Below are positions 31,995-41,945 of a DNA stretch of 64,000 nt, one piece after another. The DNA is from a virus, in IMG/VR virus record IMGVR_UViG_3300045988_103705; one strand, given 5' to 3'. Numbering within the stretch: the stretch's first letter is position 1; each line of letters begins with the position of its first letter. The notes under the pieces were generated by a model. The model was not told the origin of the DNA and ran no database searches. It saw only the letters and a list, made by a program, of their open reading frames with translations. The translations under genes and the position numbers were made by a program.

Positions 31995-32251
31995 ATATCT
32001 TCACTAAACAATTCTCGATATTTGTCATCATCGACAATTAACTGTCTACATCTGCGGGCTTCAGGCTTTGCGTCGTATCTATCAAGGAATTTAGCATCAT
32101 CAGTCAAGAACCCTTGCACTAAATCTTCTTTATCCCATTCATACCCCATCTGATATGCTTCTTCGAGGCAATCTGCATGGCGCTTCCCGCAAATAATTAC
32201 AGGGTACTTACTAAAGTGAGGAATAAATTTAATTGCAGAAGCAATAATCAT
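31976..32251 (-). CDS. hypothetical protein
   Basis: 91 aa. Confidence 0.35.
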   Translation of the reverse strand: MIIASAIKFIPHFSKYPVIICGKRHADCLEEAYQMGYEWDKEDLVQGFLTDDAKFLDRYDAKPEARRCRQLIVDDDKYRELFSEDMWLEED

Positions 32252-32524
32252 AACTCAAAACTTCCTTTCCTTAACTTTCTATATATATTATATAATAAAA
32301 ATTAAGAATTTTCAAAAAGATTTTTATGCTTGAGTTTTCTATTAAAGGAACCTTTTCCTTTCTTTGCTCTTGTTATAGAACCTCTCTGTTTAAAATGAAG
32401 ATATTCTTGCAGCTCTTCTGGAGATTTCTTTTGAGCCTGCTTTATAGTTTTTAAATTCATTTTACTAGACCCCTTTTCATCTTATTATGTACCAAAAACA
32501 TATGATTTAAAGTTGCTGAATAGG

Positions 32525-32601
32525 TCTATGGGGTGTACGACGAGACTTGAACTCGCACCTCTCAGAGCCACAATCTGATGCTCTACCAATTAAGCTACGC
32601 A
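32525..32601 (-). tRNA. tRNA-His(GUG) with an encoded G(-1)
   Basis: anticodon stem TCAGA/TCTGA, loop TTGTGGC; an extra 5' G pairs with C73; CCA encoded. Confidence 0.65.
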
Positions 32602-32786
32602 CAACATATTGGCAATAGATTTTAATATCGGGTATTAGCCTCAGGCCTTTGCGCTCGGAATTGGCGGTACAATTCTCTGCGCCCTATCTAACCCTATCCG
32701 ACTCGATTTACCATACGGACTGCTTGATAAAGTGGCCACAATATCTTGCAGGCTTTCTTGCCGCGTTTAAACGCCTCTGCCGAGGC

Positions 32787-32862
32787 TGGAGCTGGATAAG
32801 AGACTCGAACTCTTAACCTATCGCTTACAAGGCGATTGCTCTACCTATTGAGCTAATCCAGC
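32787..32862 (-). tRNA. tRNA-Thr(UGU)
   Basis: anticodon stem ATCGC/GCGAT, loop CTTGTAA. Confidence 0.7.
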
Positions 32863-33246
32863 GTATAATGGCCGGTATAAACCCCGGCTCGGGTTAAGAA
32901 AATCGACAGTATGCTCGTTTCCGCACTATACACCAACCGCCAGCTTAATCGCCGGCCGTATGGGAGTCGAACCCATTCCTCTGTCTTTCGGTTTTGGCCT
33001 TCTCTTCCCCATAGGCTCCCGCAGCAGTACCGAAAAACTTGACGAGATTATATTGAAGTTGTTTTTGTCTCATTGAGACCGGCAGGCGGCTATACTTCCA
33101 AACCTTCACAAGCCCTATTATTTCGTTAATCGCTTGTATTGTCACCGCAAGCAAACGGAACTACTTAGTCGGTTTTCGTAGTTGACACAATAGCCTCGTT
33201 TATATGCGGCCGGCATATACAACAGTGTCTTATCCCGATTGGCTAT

Positions 33247-33339
33247 TGGCGAAGGGGAGAGGATTCGAACCTCCGGACCGTGTTTCCACAATCAAGGGAT
33301 TAGCAATCCCTCGCATTCAACCTACTCTGCCACCCCTCC
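33247..33339 (-). tRNA. tRNA-Ser(GCU)
   Basis: class II; anticodon stem AGGGA/TCCCT, loop TTGCTAA; long variable arm. Confidence 0.7.
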
Positions 33340-33737
33340 AAATATGTTTCCTCTGCGTTTTATGGGCTTGGAACCATCACCTATCGGCGGCCGCATTAAA
33401 CATAAAAGTTATCTATCACTATGAATAACTTCTGTTTCTGCGAAAATGAAATCATCAATATCCATCATTTTTTAATACCTCCTTAATTTATTTTAATCGG
33501 TAGTGCCATTCTAACAGCCTATCTTGCACTTTTGATAGGTTCCCGATTCGCTAGTCTTTTATATATAAATCTCTATTGAGAAAATAATCGGTGCCAACTT
33601 AATTTTTTAACGAGGTCGTTGACTTCCATCCCCGAACTCTTTTCGTTACTCCAGATTTTATCTCTCAGCCAGCCGATTTCTTTATACAGCGCTATATAAA
33701 GCCGCTTCAACTGAGCCTTTAGGTTCTTGGCACCTAA

Positions 33738-33812
33738 TGGGTGCGGGAGCGAGAATTGAACTCGCGTAATCGAGTTTATGAGACTCGACTGGGAACCAAC
33801 ACCCTTCCCGCG
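33738..33812 (-). tRNA. tRNA-Met(CAU) with a C1.A72 mismatch (initiator-like acceptor end)
   Basis: anticodon stem CGAGT/ACTCG, loop CTCATAA; acceptor CGCGGGA/TCCCGCA leaves C1 opposite A72; C73; no GGG/CCC in the anticodon stem. Confidence 0.55.
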
Positions 33813-34124
33813 ATATACAGCTATTAGAATTAAATTATAATGAAACCAAAATATATTTTTACTACTTAACGCCTAGACACTCTTGAGTTGGTCTGCGTTG
33901 CCACTCCTCGCTTTTTATTCTCGCCTCATATATTCTATATTTTGGAATAACTCTAATAGCCACGGTACTCTTGCGCCCCTCCGCTGGATGTATCAGCCGG
34001 AACCGTTTCACTTTAATTAAGCAAGGGCGTGCCACATATCAATAATTCATTCTTGCCGTACCATACTCTACGCACAAGAAAGGCCCGTCTTTTCTTTCAC
34101 TCGAAACTGTGGAACCCATACATC

Positions 34125-34202
34125 TGGTGACCTTGGAGGGATTCGAACCCATCAACCTCCACCTTGAGAGGGTGGCGACTTTGCCATTTCGTCGACAAGG
34201 CC
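34125..34202 (-). tRNA. tRNA with anticodon CUC (Glu-type); weak T and D stems
   Basis: perfect anticodon stem CCACC/GGTGG, loop CTCTCAA; acceptor GGCCTTG/CAAGGTC. Confidence 0.45.
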
Positions 34203-34241
34203 ATTTAAAGAGCAGTTTATTGACTTGCTCAGGTCTTTTAG

Positions 34242-34478
34242 TTAATCGCTAAGTTCGACGGCGCCACATTTAGTGAACACCTGCACGGGAGTTCCGTTCA
34301 ACTCGTTGTCCTCAAGAATGGAATAATCACAAATATAAACATTTGTGTTACCAACCTTGCGAAGCGGGTTTCCGCAATTAGAACACTTACGTTCCTTTTC
34401 CACATTCTGCGGAACCTTAATTCCGAGAGCCTTACCAAGCTCTACGAAAGAGTTGAACTTCCCGTGAACATTCTTCAT
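34242..34478 (-). CDS. zinc-ribbon protein
   Basis: CSNC...C pattern, 78 aa. Confidence 0.35.
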   Translation of the reverse strand: MKNVHGKFNSFVELGKALGIKVPQNVEKERKCSNCGNPLRKVGNTNVYICDYSILEDNELNGTPVQVFTKCGAVELSD

Positions 34479-34506
34479 AATAGCAATCTCCTTTTCTATT
34501 GTTTAA

Positions 34507-34581
34507 TGGTACTCGGTACGGGAGTCGAACCCGTGTTTCTGGCGTGAAAGGCCAGCGTCTTTACCGCTTGACTAACCGAGC
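34507..34581 (-). tRNA. tRNA-Glu(UUC)
   Basis: anticodon stem CTGGC/GCCAG, loop CTTTCAC. Confidence 0.7.
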
Positions 34582-34833
34582 ATATCTGCACTTTTAATAA
34601 TCTCTTTCTGTCTTATTTAATAATAGCTATTGTTTATTATAAGCTATACTGTCATTACTATATATAAAGAGAATATTAACTTATCTTCTAGTTGGTGAAC
34701 AGCGGCGTCACTGAAAACCACCTATTTCTATTAAGGACGGAAATAGGAATGCCCTATTGTTCTTATGGCAATGAAATCAATAAAAACCTGTAATCATTAG
34801 ACGGTATCATATATAATTATTAGTAGATACCTA

Positions 34834-34909
34834 TGGTGGAACATACGAGGGTCGAACTCGTGACCTCCTGCTTGCAAGGCAGGCGCTCTCCCAACTGAGC
34901 TAATGCCCC
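34834..34909 (-). tRNA. tRNA-Ala(UGC)
   Basis: G3.U70 in the acceptor GGGGCAT/ATGTTCC; loop CTTGCAA. Confidence 0.75.
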
Positions 34910-35123
34910 ATATTGTGATTAAGATGATTGGTCGTGTCAATCAAGGAGAACTACGCTCTAATTTATCGGCTACTACAGTCCAATGTGCCAGGCATCAACC
35001 TAAAAGGGACACCGCATTGCTGATTCGCTTGCGCGCTATCGCTGCCTATATACGACTTGCGATACTTTGTTCTTTCTTAACCTTATATAAATATTATACA
35101 ATATTTTTTATTGTTTTTCAAAT

Positions 35124-35164
35124 TGGCGATGACGACGGGGTTTGAACCCGTGACCTTCGGCGTG
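35124..35164 (-). tRNA. tRNA-Asp(GUC) 3' exon
   Basis: CACGCCGAAGGTCACGGGTTCAAACCCCGTCGTCATCGCCA; 3' anticodon stem GCCGA, T-arm, acceptor 3' strand CGTCATC, G73, CCA. Confidence 0.65.
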
Positions 35165-35632
35165 CCTTAGTGATTATAGTGTGGATAGAATATCTTCAGC
35201 TTTAAAATCTTTAGCCTGCTTTTGAGTAGATAATCTTGTGGCAACAGTCCAAAACTTAGTCTCTACTGTTCCAAAAACGGGGAACATATAAAACTTTCCA
35301 TTAAACTCTGTCATAAAATAGTCTACATCTTTAGCAGAATAAGTCATTTTTTTAACTTTTCCGTTTTCTCGCACTTCATATTTAGTACGAACAAGAAATC
35401 CAGTTTCCTCTACCGGCATAGCGTGTTTTACTTGAATTTTATAGAATTTGCCGTTCTTCTCTATCACTAAATCATACTTTTGATGATTTCCAATCGGGAT
35501 AAGAACATTCCAACCGTTCTCAATTAAATACACCTAACATTTAAGCTCTGTAATATCTCCAATCTGAGATGGATTTAATTTCTCCAATGCTATTAATCCT
35601 CTCTCTAAAGATATTCTCTATCAATTTCCAAG
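35165..35632 (-). other. intervening sequence (putative self-splicing intron) in the tRNA-Asp anticodon loop
   Basis: 468 nt between anticodon positions 35 and 36; ends in G; contains ORF 35174..35533. Confidence 0.5.
35174..35533 (-). CDS. intron-encoded ORF (possible homing endonuclease)
   Basis: 119 aa, balanced composition, YDLVIEKNGKFYKIQVK segment; entirely inside the tRNA-Asp intervening sequence. Confidence 0.4.
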   Translation of the reverse strand: MYLIENGWNVLIPIGNHQKYDLVIEKNGKFYKIQVKHAMPVEETGFLVRTKYEVRENGKVKKMTYSAKDVDYFMTEFNGKFYMFPVFGTVETKFWTVATRLSTQKQAKDFKAEDILSTL

Positions 35633-35668
35633 ACAGGCCGACGTTCTAGCCTACTGAACTACGCCACC
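35633..35668 (-). tRNA. tRNA-Asp(GUC) 5' exon
   Basis: GGTGGCGTAGTTCAGTAGGCTAGAACGTCGGCCTGT; acceptor pairs with the 3' exon (two G.U pairs); the joined loop is CTGTCAC as in bacterial tRNA-Asp. Confidence 0.65.
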
Positions 35669-35772
35669 GTATAAGGCGAGGAAGGGTCATACGCACCCCG
35701 TGTGCTTTGCGCCTCGTCGTTCACATATATCACACTTCTGACTTATTGGGCATGGGAAATCAGTAGAAACCA

Positions 35773-35859
35773 TGGTGCGCATGATGGGACTTGAACCCAT
35801 ACGCTCTTACGAACACGAGCACCTCAAGCTCGCCTGTCTGCCGATTCCAGCACACGCGC
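35773..35859 (-). tRNA. tRNA-Leu(GAG)
   Basis: class II; anticodon stem CGAGC/GCTCG, loop TTGAGGT. Confidence 0.7.
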
Positions 35860-36016
35860 ATATTTCTATGGTATTGATCGAGTTCCAAGGCTTCCTCTTT
35901 TAATACTGACTAGCCATCATAAATGCTTGGCCATTTACGACAAGAAATCCAGTCTTCAACTACGGGCCATAGCTCCGCCGGTTATATGGGTTTAAGACAA
36001 TGTCACCGGAACCATC

Positions 36017-36093
36017 TGGTGTTCCCGGCGGGAGTCGAACCCGCAACATCATGGTTCTAAACCACGCGTGTCTGCCTATTGCACCACGAGAAC
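36017..36093 (-). tRNA. tRNA with anticodon UAG in a class-I cloverleaf
   Basis: anticodon stem CGTGG/CCATG, loop TTTAGAA; 5-nt variable loop; acceptor GTTCTCG/CGGGAAC, A73, CCA. Confidence 0.55.
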
Positions 36094-36219
36094 ATAAAAG
36101 AGCAACTATTTGTTTCAGAACTACCCGTCGCTCTATTGGGCCAGCCTATTATTTTAGTTCGCAGTGGACGAATTGAGAGTTTAGGGTTAAAGTCGCGGCG
36201 CTACTCACAAACTCGACTT

Positions 36220-36296
36220 TGGCGGGAAGGGTGGGGCTCGAACCCACGACATCTTGCTTAACAGGCAAGCGCTCTACTCTTCTGAGCTACCGACCC
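36220..36296 (-). tRNA. tRNA-Asn(GUU); acceptor with two mismatches
   Basis: anticodon stem CTTGC/GCAAG, loop CTGTTAA; T-arm GTGGGTTCGAGCCCCAC. Confidence 0.55.
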
Positions 36297-36409
36297 AAGC
36301 TCAAGGCAGAATAAATAAACTTTCTTAAACCAAAAATAAGTGTTTTATTTAATAAAAGATTTGCTGTGTCTGCCTTATATAAATATTATACAATATTTTT
36401 TATTGTTTT

Positions 36410-36616
36410 TCAAAAAAGATTCAGTTGTTTAGCTTCATCATAAGAAATACCAAAGGTATCCTTGAAAGTTGCGTTAAAGTTCTCCCACTGTTCCTCGGGG
36501 CCACCAACTCCACCATTCATAAGCCAAATAGCATCACAAATACTATCCTCATTTTTATAACAAGAAAGAGCCTCGGCCGCGAGTTGTGCAAGATATAACT
36601 TCTTATCCATATGCAA
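36410..36616 (-). CDS. hypothetical protein
   Basis: 68 aa. Confidence 0.3.
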   Translation of the reverse strand: MHMDKKLYLAQLAAEALSCYKNEDSICDAIWLMNGGVGGPEEQWENFNATFKDTFGISYDEAKQLNLF

Positions 36617-36695
36617 CTTCCTTTCTTACTTTCTATAAATATTATATCATATTTATAAAAGTTTTTCAAATGTTTTCAAGACGCTAGCTATTTAG

Positions 36696-36769
36696 CTCCG
36701 GAAATCGGATTCGAACCGATAATTTTTCACTTTGAGTTGAAATGTCTTAACCATTTGACTATTCTGGAA
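36696..36769 (-). tRNA. tRNA-like gene with an irregular anticodon loop (possible CAA)
   Basis: acceptor TCCAGAA/TTCCGGA (one mismatch), T-arm ATCGGTTCGAATCCGAT, stem TTTCA/TGAAA around an 8-nt loop ACTCAAAG; no encoded CCA. Confidence 0.4.
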
Positions 36770-36820
36770 ATAGATTTGCTGTATGCGTCTTATAGCAAGA
36801 GGGCCCTCCTATTGGGTCTG

Positions 36821-36896
36821 TCCTCTTAAATGGTACTCCGAGCTGGACTCGAACCAAGCATCAAGCGATTATAAGTCGCCCGTTCTAACCTTTGAA
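36821..36896 (-). tRNA. tRNA-Ile(UAU)
   Basis: anticodon stem GGCGA/TCGCT, loop CTTATAA; acceptor ACTCCGG/TCGGAGT, A73, CCA. Confidence 0.6.
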
Positions 36897-37383
36897 CTAC
36901 CGGAGTATAGATAAAGTGAGTATTTTATTTAACGCATATCAGCCCCACTCACGCCTTACCTGTGCAATTATTTATAGTTACTGTCGATAACTTATATAAA
37001 TATTATATAATATTTATTTTTATTTTTCAAATAATCAATAAGGAGTAGGTGTTCCATAAAGACCAGTAATATCAATATCATTACATAGATCTCTAGTCAC
37101 ACAAGTTTCAAGTTCTGCCTGAGAAATAATCTCTTCCTCCGCTAGAGGTTCATCACTCTCAATAGTAGCAAGGATAGTGAAAGAAACTGCATAAGTATAT
37201 TTACTCATAAACTCAAAACTTCCTTTCCTTAACTTTCTATATATATTATATAATAATTTTTTTTATTTTTCAAGGAAGCGTAAGTTCTAGAAAATATTTC
37301 TCTTACGCTTCCCTTTTAGTAAGGAAGTTTGTACTATTATTAAACTTTATATTAAATATCTTAATTACCCATACCCAAAATTT

Positions 37384-37692
37384 TTAATCAGTAATTCCCA
37401 ACTTGGCTTTAAGTTCCTCAATCTTAGCTTTATCCTCTGGAGCCAACTCAGTTGGAGTAAAACTATTTGCGGATGGAGTATCAGAACTTGATGTAGAGAG
37501 CGTACTATCTCCTCCGCCCGCAATCGGTGTCTTAGGCATTGTAAGTGATACAGCAATCTGAACAACTTCTCCACTCGCTCCATCTTTTACTGAAATGTAA
37601 ATCTTTTTATCCGAAACAAAAGAGCCTTCAAATGTTGAAAGAATTGTCTTTGTAATTAGGTCTTTCGCGGCATCTCCTCGTCTAACTGCCAT
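37384..37692 (-). CDS. hypothetical protein
   Basis: 102 aa, Ser/Thr/Pro-rich centre. Confidence 0.35.
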   Translation of the reverse strand: MAVRRGDAAKDLITKTILSTFEGSFVSDKKIYISVKDGASGEVVQIAVSLTMPKTPIAGGGDSTLSTSSSDTPSANSFTPTELAPEDKAKIEELKAKLGITD

Positions 37693-38996
37693 TATTCATC
37701 GTCCTCCTCGATTAATCTATCCTCTTGTTTCATTAGATTATGGCAAGTCTTACAATACGGCCTACCATCCATCCAATAAATTTTATCTTCATCATATATT
37801 CTACGATAACAACTATTACAAGTCAAGAAGAAATCTTCATCTGCCTCTTTCTCTGATATGCAGAAATTACATAAAAATGAATCTTCTCTATTTATATGTT
37901 CTGTTCCACAACAGGGGCAAATTGGTCTTTCACCAATTTTGATTTGAAAAACATCATTAAAATATAGTTCTTCCACATATTTATTTTGATCTAAATGCTT
38001 TGTATAATCCTCATACTTTCCATTATTTACTGATATAATCGGTGCGTACGTACTAGAAATAACTAAATCAGAATATCCTAAATAATCACTCATATCAATT
38101 ACATCTCTCGTATCATGAATACGTCCACCTGCATTTATTTGATTATATATAAGTTGCTCACTACCCCATTGAGTTTGGATTACTTTAAATCCATAATCAA
38201 GAGGAAGAGACATATCAAATTTAATCAATTTAAGTAACATATTATGTACACAAGCGAGTAAATCTCTTGATTCATATGGATATTGTCTATTATAATAAAT
38301 ATTTCTGATACCATCTGTATGGACTAACATTCTCCATTTTTTGCTATTCCATTTCATTCCTAATGGAAGACATTTTAGATGCTCTTGTTTACCATTAGAT
38401 AAATAAGCAACAATAGTTGTTTTATCTACTAAATAACTAAGATTTCCACTTCTATAATCTCCATCAAGAGACTGACATGACCACCAATTTTCATTGTTTT
38501 CTGAAACAGTTAAGAAATCAAGAGGATGAATAGAAAGATATAAATATCCTTCTATTTTATTTTCTTGCATATATCTTGAAGCGGTATCTTGTGCCCATCT
38601 AACAATCTCTTGACTGTTAATAAATCGCTTAAAAGATTTGGATAATTTAGAGCCTAGTGGAATATTAAAAGAAGGATATGGTAATAAAACCCTGTTATCA
38701 AAAAATCCTCCTTTATTATCTCTCAAAAATAATTCGAGATCAGTAGTTAAGATTCCATTTTCATCAAGAGCTTGAATAAACTCTTCAAATCTTTTATTCT
38801 TCTGCTCTTCTGTCAAAAAAATTTTAATTGGTTCCTTGCTTCTTAATATCAATTCTCCGCCAAAAAGATTTATTATATCTTTTTTCGCTTCTGCCCATTG
38901 TTCGATTAAATTTTTTGAATCGAGATAAAATGGATAATCTTGAGAATGGACAAGTACAGATTCAAAATCATTTTGTAACTTCTGTAATTCTATCAT
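37692..38996 (-). CDS. hypothetical protein with C-terminal Cys4 zinc-finger clusters
   Basis: 434 aa; CPCCG...CNFC, CNSC...CKTC. Confidence 0.4.
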   Translation of the reverse strand: MIELQKLQNDFESVLVHSQDYPFYLDSKNLIEQWAEAKKDIINLFGGELILRSKEPIKIFLTEEQKNKRFEEFIQALDENGILTTDLELFLRDNKGGFFDNRVLLPYPSFNIPLGSKLSKSFKRFINSQEIVRWAQDTASRYMQENKIEGYLYLSIHPLDFLTVSENNENWWSCQSLDGDYRSGNLSYLVDKTTIVAYLSNGKQEHLKCLPLGMKWNSKKWRMLVHTDGIRNIYYNRQYPYESRDLLACVHNMLLKLIKFDMSLPLDYGFKVIQTQWGSEQLIYNQINAGGRIHDTRDVIDMSDYLGYSDLVISSTYAPIISVNNGKYEDYTKHLDQNKYVEELYFNDVFQIKIGERPICPCCGTEHINREDSFLCNFCISEKEADEDFFLTCNSCYRRIYDEDKIYWMDGRPYCKTCHNLMKQEDRLIEEDDE

Positions 38997-39017
38997 CTAT
39001 ACATTATATCTCCCATC

Positions 39018-39731
39018 TTATAAACTCCAATCAATCGGTTCTCCACCCATAGAAAGCAATAAATCATTCGCTGTTGAAAACGGTTTACTACCTTTAAACG
39101 CAGGAGTTCCTTTGCATGGTTTACTTACACTAAAAGGACTTGGATGGGAAGATAAAATATAAGCCTTCTTAATCAAATTCTCTCTGGCAACTCCAGGTCC
39201 ATCCCATACCATAGGACTAGAATTTAAATCTTTTAATAAATTCTGAGCATTAGCTCCCCATAACATAAAAACAATAGGTTGTGGCAAATGGGTTGCGGCT
39301 TTCAGCACCGCTGTTGTAAACCTACTCCATCCCCAATTAACGCAGCTATTGGCTTGATGTTCATAGACAGTTAAACTTGCATTAAGAAGCAATACTCCTC
39401 TTTCTGCCCAAGATGTTAAATCTCCAGACCGCGGAATTGGAATCCCTAAATCGCTATTAAGTTCGCTAAAAATATTTCTTAAAGATGGTTGAATGGGGCT
39501 CCCATCAGAAATAGAAAATGCTAACCCGTTTGCTGCGCCTGGGGTATGATACGGGTCTTGTCCTACAATACAAACTTTTACATCTTCTGGATGCGTAAGA
39601 TTAAGCGCTCTAAAGATTTTATCCTATTCTGGAAATAAAATCTTTCCTTTAGAGCGCTCTTCTAAAGCATGATTTTCAAGTTGAACACTTAAATCCAGTG
39701 CCTCTTGAGGAAGAATTTCCGACCATTTCAC
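39018..39731 (-). CDS. ung: uracil-DNA glycosylase with an in-frame TAG
   Basis: GQDPYHTPGAANGLAFS and LLLNASLTV...HPSPFS motifs; AAAGGAG plus GTG start at 39731; TAG near 39624 within ...LFPE(Q)DKIF... Confidence 0.7.
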
Positions 39732-39796
39732 TTTAGAAACACTCCTTTTATTATCTTTATAATAATATTATAATATATAAAAATAATAAAATCTAA

Positions 39797-40573
39797 TTAT
39801 TTCTTTTTGCTAAGTCTAGCAAGTTCATGGAAATGCGAGATTACTGAAAAATAAGTATCACAATAATGACAAGAATGACCGGGTATATTACATTTTTGCC
39901 CACAGTTTAAACGAGTTTTTGCAAATGTTTCTTTAAATGTTAGATTATTTCTTGCCGGTAAGCCATCAATAAGAAGATTTATGTCATAATTAAATGAACC
40001 TCTATTATAGATATTAAACAAAGTATCTTCTTTTTCTAAATTAGGTTGCTTAAAATCTATTACATCAATAGCAGAATATAAATGGAGATCCTCCGGGCGA
40101 ATAAAAAAACTTGAAGGTTTTCTTTCTGCGGATAGGGAGACATTAGGGGAAATGGTGGGTGATACTCTTATCTTAATATCTCCTTTAACCTTTTCTAATA
40201 ACTCCATTTGAAACCCTAATGGTCCATCTATATAGATATCACTAACCTTGGCCTCCCGCAATTCTTGAAAAGTTTCCCAATCAGTAACCGGGAACCGCAA
40301 ATATCTATTATATCCCATATCTTTTAAATCATTTAATTGATATATGTTTCCGCATTGAATAGTGTAATCATTTGCTATTGTTTTAATTATCTCAACTTGC
40401 TCAGCCAATCTTGTTAATTGCACCTGAGTTAATTCATCTGGAATAATTATATTACACCTTTTATTTGGATTTTCTTTAAGAAATTTAATAATTGTTCCTA
40501 ATTGATTGTAGGGGCAACGTATTTCTCCAGCCATTTTTATATTGCTGGAATGATAATTTACACTAAATATCAT
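39797..40573 (-). CDS. hypothetical protein
   Basis: 258 aa; C-terminal CGQKC...CHYCD. Confidence 0.35.
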   Translation of the reverse strand: MIFSVNYHSSNIKMAGEIRCPYNQLGTIIKFLKENPNKRCNIIIPDELTQVQLTRLAEQVEIIKTIANDYTIQCGNIYQLNDLKDMGYNRYLRFPVTDWETFQELREAKVSDIYIDGPLGFQMELLEKVKGDIKIRVSPTISPNVSLSAERKPSSFFIRPEDLHLYSAIDVIDFKQPNLEKEDTLFNIYNRGSFNYDINLLIDGLPARNNLTFKETFAKTRLNCGQKCNIPGHSCHYCDTYFSVISHFHELARLSKKK

Positions 40574-40866
40574 TAAATAAGCCCTCCTTTATTTATATAT
40601 TTATTATAGCATATAATAAAAAATCCGTCAATCTTGAGATGAAAATGCCAAATTGACAAATCCTTTTGCTTTTGTTATAATAAATATATAAATAAAAAAG
40701 GAGTTTTAACTGTGGTTTTTATTATTATCGCTATTTGCGTAATATTATTCGCGGCATTTCATATTATGAATTTTCCAGGTGGCCCTTCTGGATTTGCAAT
40801 TTGTACTAAAGTATGGCTAAAAAGAAAGGTATCTACTTTTCGTAGATACCTTTCTAAAGGTTTTAA

Positions 40867-41307
40867 TTAGCCAATTCTGCGGTAAGCAGAGAGCTTCTTA
40901 GACTTTCCACCCTCAGTGGAAGCAGGAACACTTACGGTCTCCTTAGCAACACGATTGACCTCAGGAGAAGCAAGCTGGGTTAGACGAGCAGTAACCATCT
41001 GAGCAGAAATGTCCTCGTCGTTCAAAGCCTTTACAATATCATTGATAGTCATAGGCTCATCACCAAGGACTTCATAAATCTTCTCGCGAAGAGCATCTCC
41101 CTCGACCTTCTTAGCAGCAGCTCTCTTAGCGGCAGCAGCAGCCTTATTGTCAAGCAACTCTACCTCGTGCTCGACGAACTCGCGCAGGCTGTCATAAGTA
41201 ATTTCACTGGACTCGAGGACAAGACCCTCGTTCTCAGCGACAGACAAAATGCTCAAAATAGCATTATAATTGGCTTTCTTTGTGGGCTTCTTTACAGTGT
41301 TAGACAT
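40867..41307 (-). CDS. hypothetical protein
   Basis: 146 aa, Ala/Lys-rich. Confidence 0.35.
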   Translation of the reverse strand: MSNTVKKPTKKANYNAILSILSVAENEGLVLESSEITYDSLREFVEHEVELLDNKAAAAAKRAAAKKVEGDALREKIYEVLGDEPMTINDIVKALNDEDISAQMVTARLTQLASPEVNRVAKETVSVPASTEGGKSKKLSAYRRIG

Positions 41308-41389
41308 AATTTAATCAATTCCTCTCTTGTTTTATTGTATTTATATTATATGATATTTTTTGAGTAAAGTCAAGAAAATTTCTTGTAAT

Positions 41390-41698
41390 TTACAAAACAC
41401 AATGGACTACATACCATTTAGGTTCTCGTGTAATGTTTAACGCGCCCAAAATGTTTTTAAGTTCACTGGTTTCAAGATTGTTATTAGAGAAAGTGATTTC
41501 TCTAATTGTCCCTTCTTCAACGTTATCGCCTACTTGAATACCAATTACAATATCTTCATCGTTATCATAGTAGTTAGCTCTGTGAATAAAATCGCAATTT
41601 TTATCACAAAATTCATCATCCTTCTGATTTAAGATATTAATTTCGTCATTCTCAAGACGAACTCCATAAACGATTTTAGTAAAATAGCTAACGCTCAT
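41390..41698 (-). CDS. hypothetical protein
   Basis: 102 aa. Confidence 0.35.
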   Translation of the reverse strand: MSVSYFTKIVYGVRLENDEINILNQKDDEFCDKNCDFIHRANYYDNDEDIVIGIQVGDNVEEGTIREITFSNNNLETSELKNILGALNITREPKWYVVHCVL

Positions 41699-41945
41699 TA
41701 CAAGAAATCTCCTTTCCTACTTTCTATATTTATTATAACTTATTTTTTTGTTTTTTGCAAACCGATTCCTTGGCTGAAGTGGCAATTTTTATGTCAAATA
41801 TCTCTAATGAAAAGGATTAGATTTGTAATCCAACAAGTTGCGCAGATACTATATAAGACTGCGTGAAGTATTGTTGGTGAAGAATACAGAAGTATTAGAG
41901 ACGAAAAGACAAGAAACATATATAGTATTAGCAGCAGAGTAGTTT

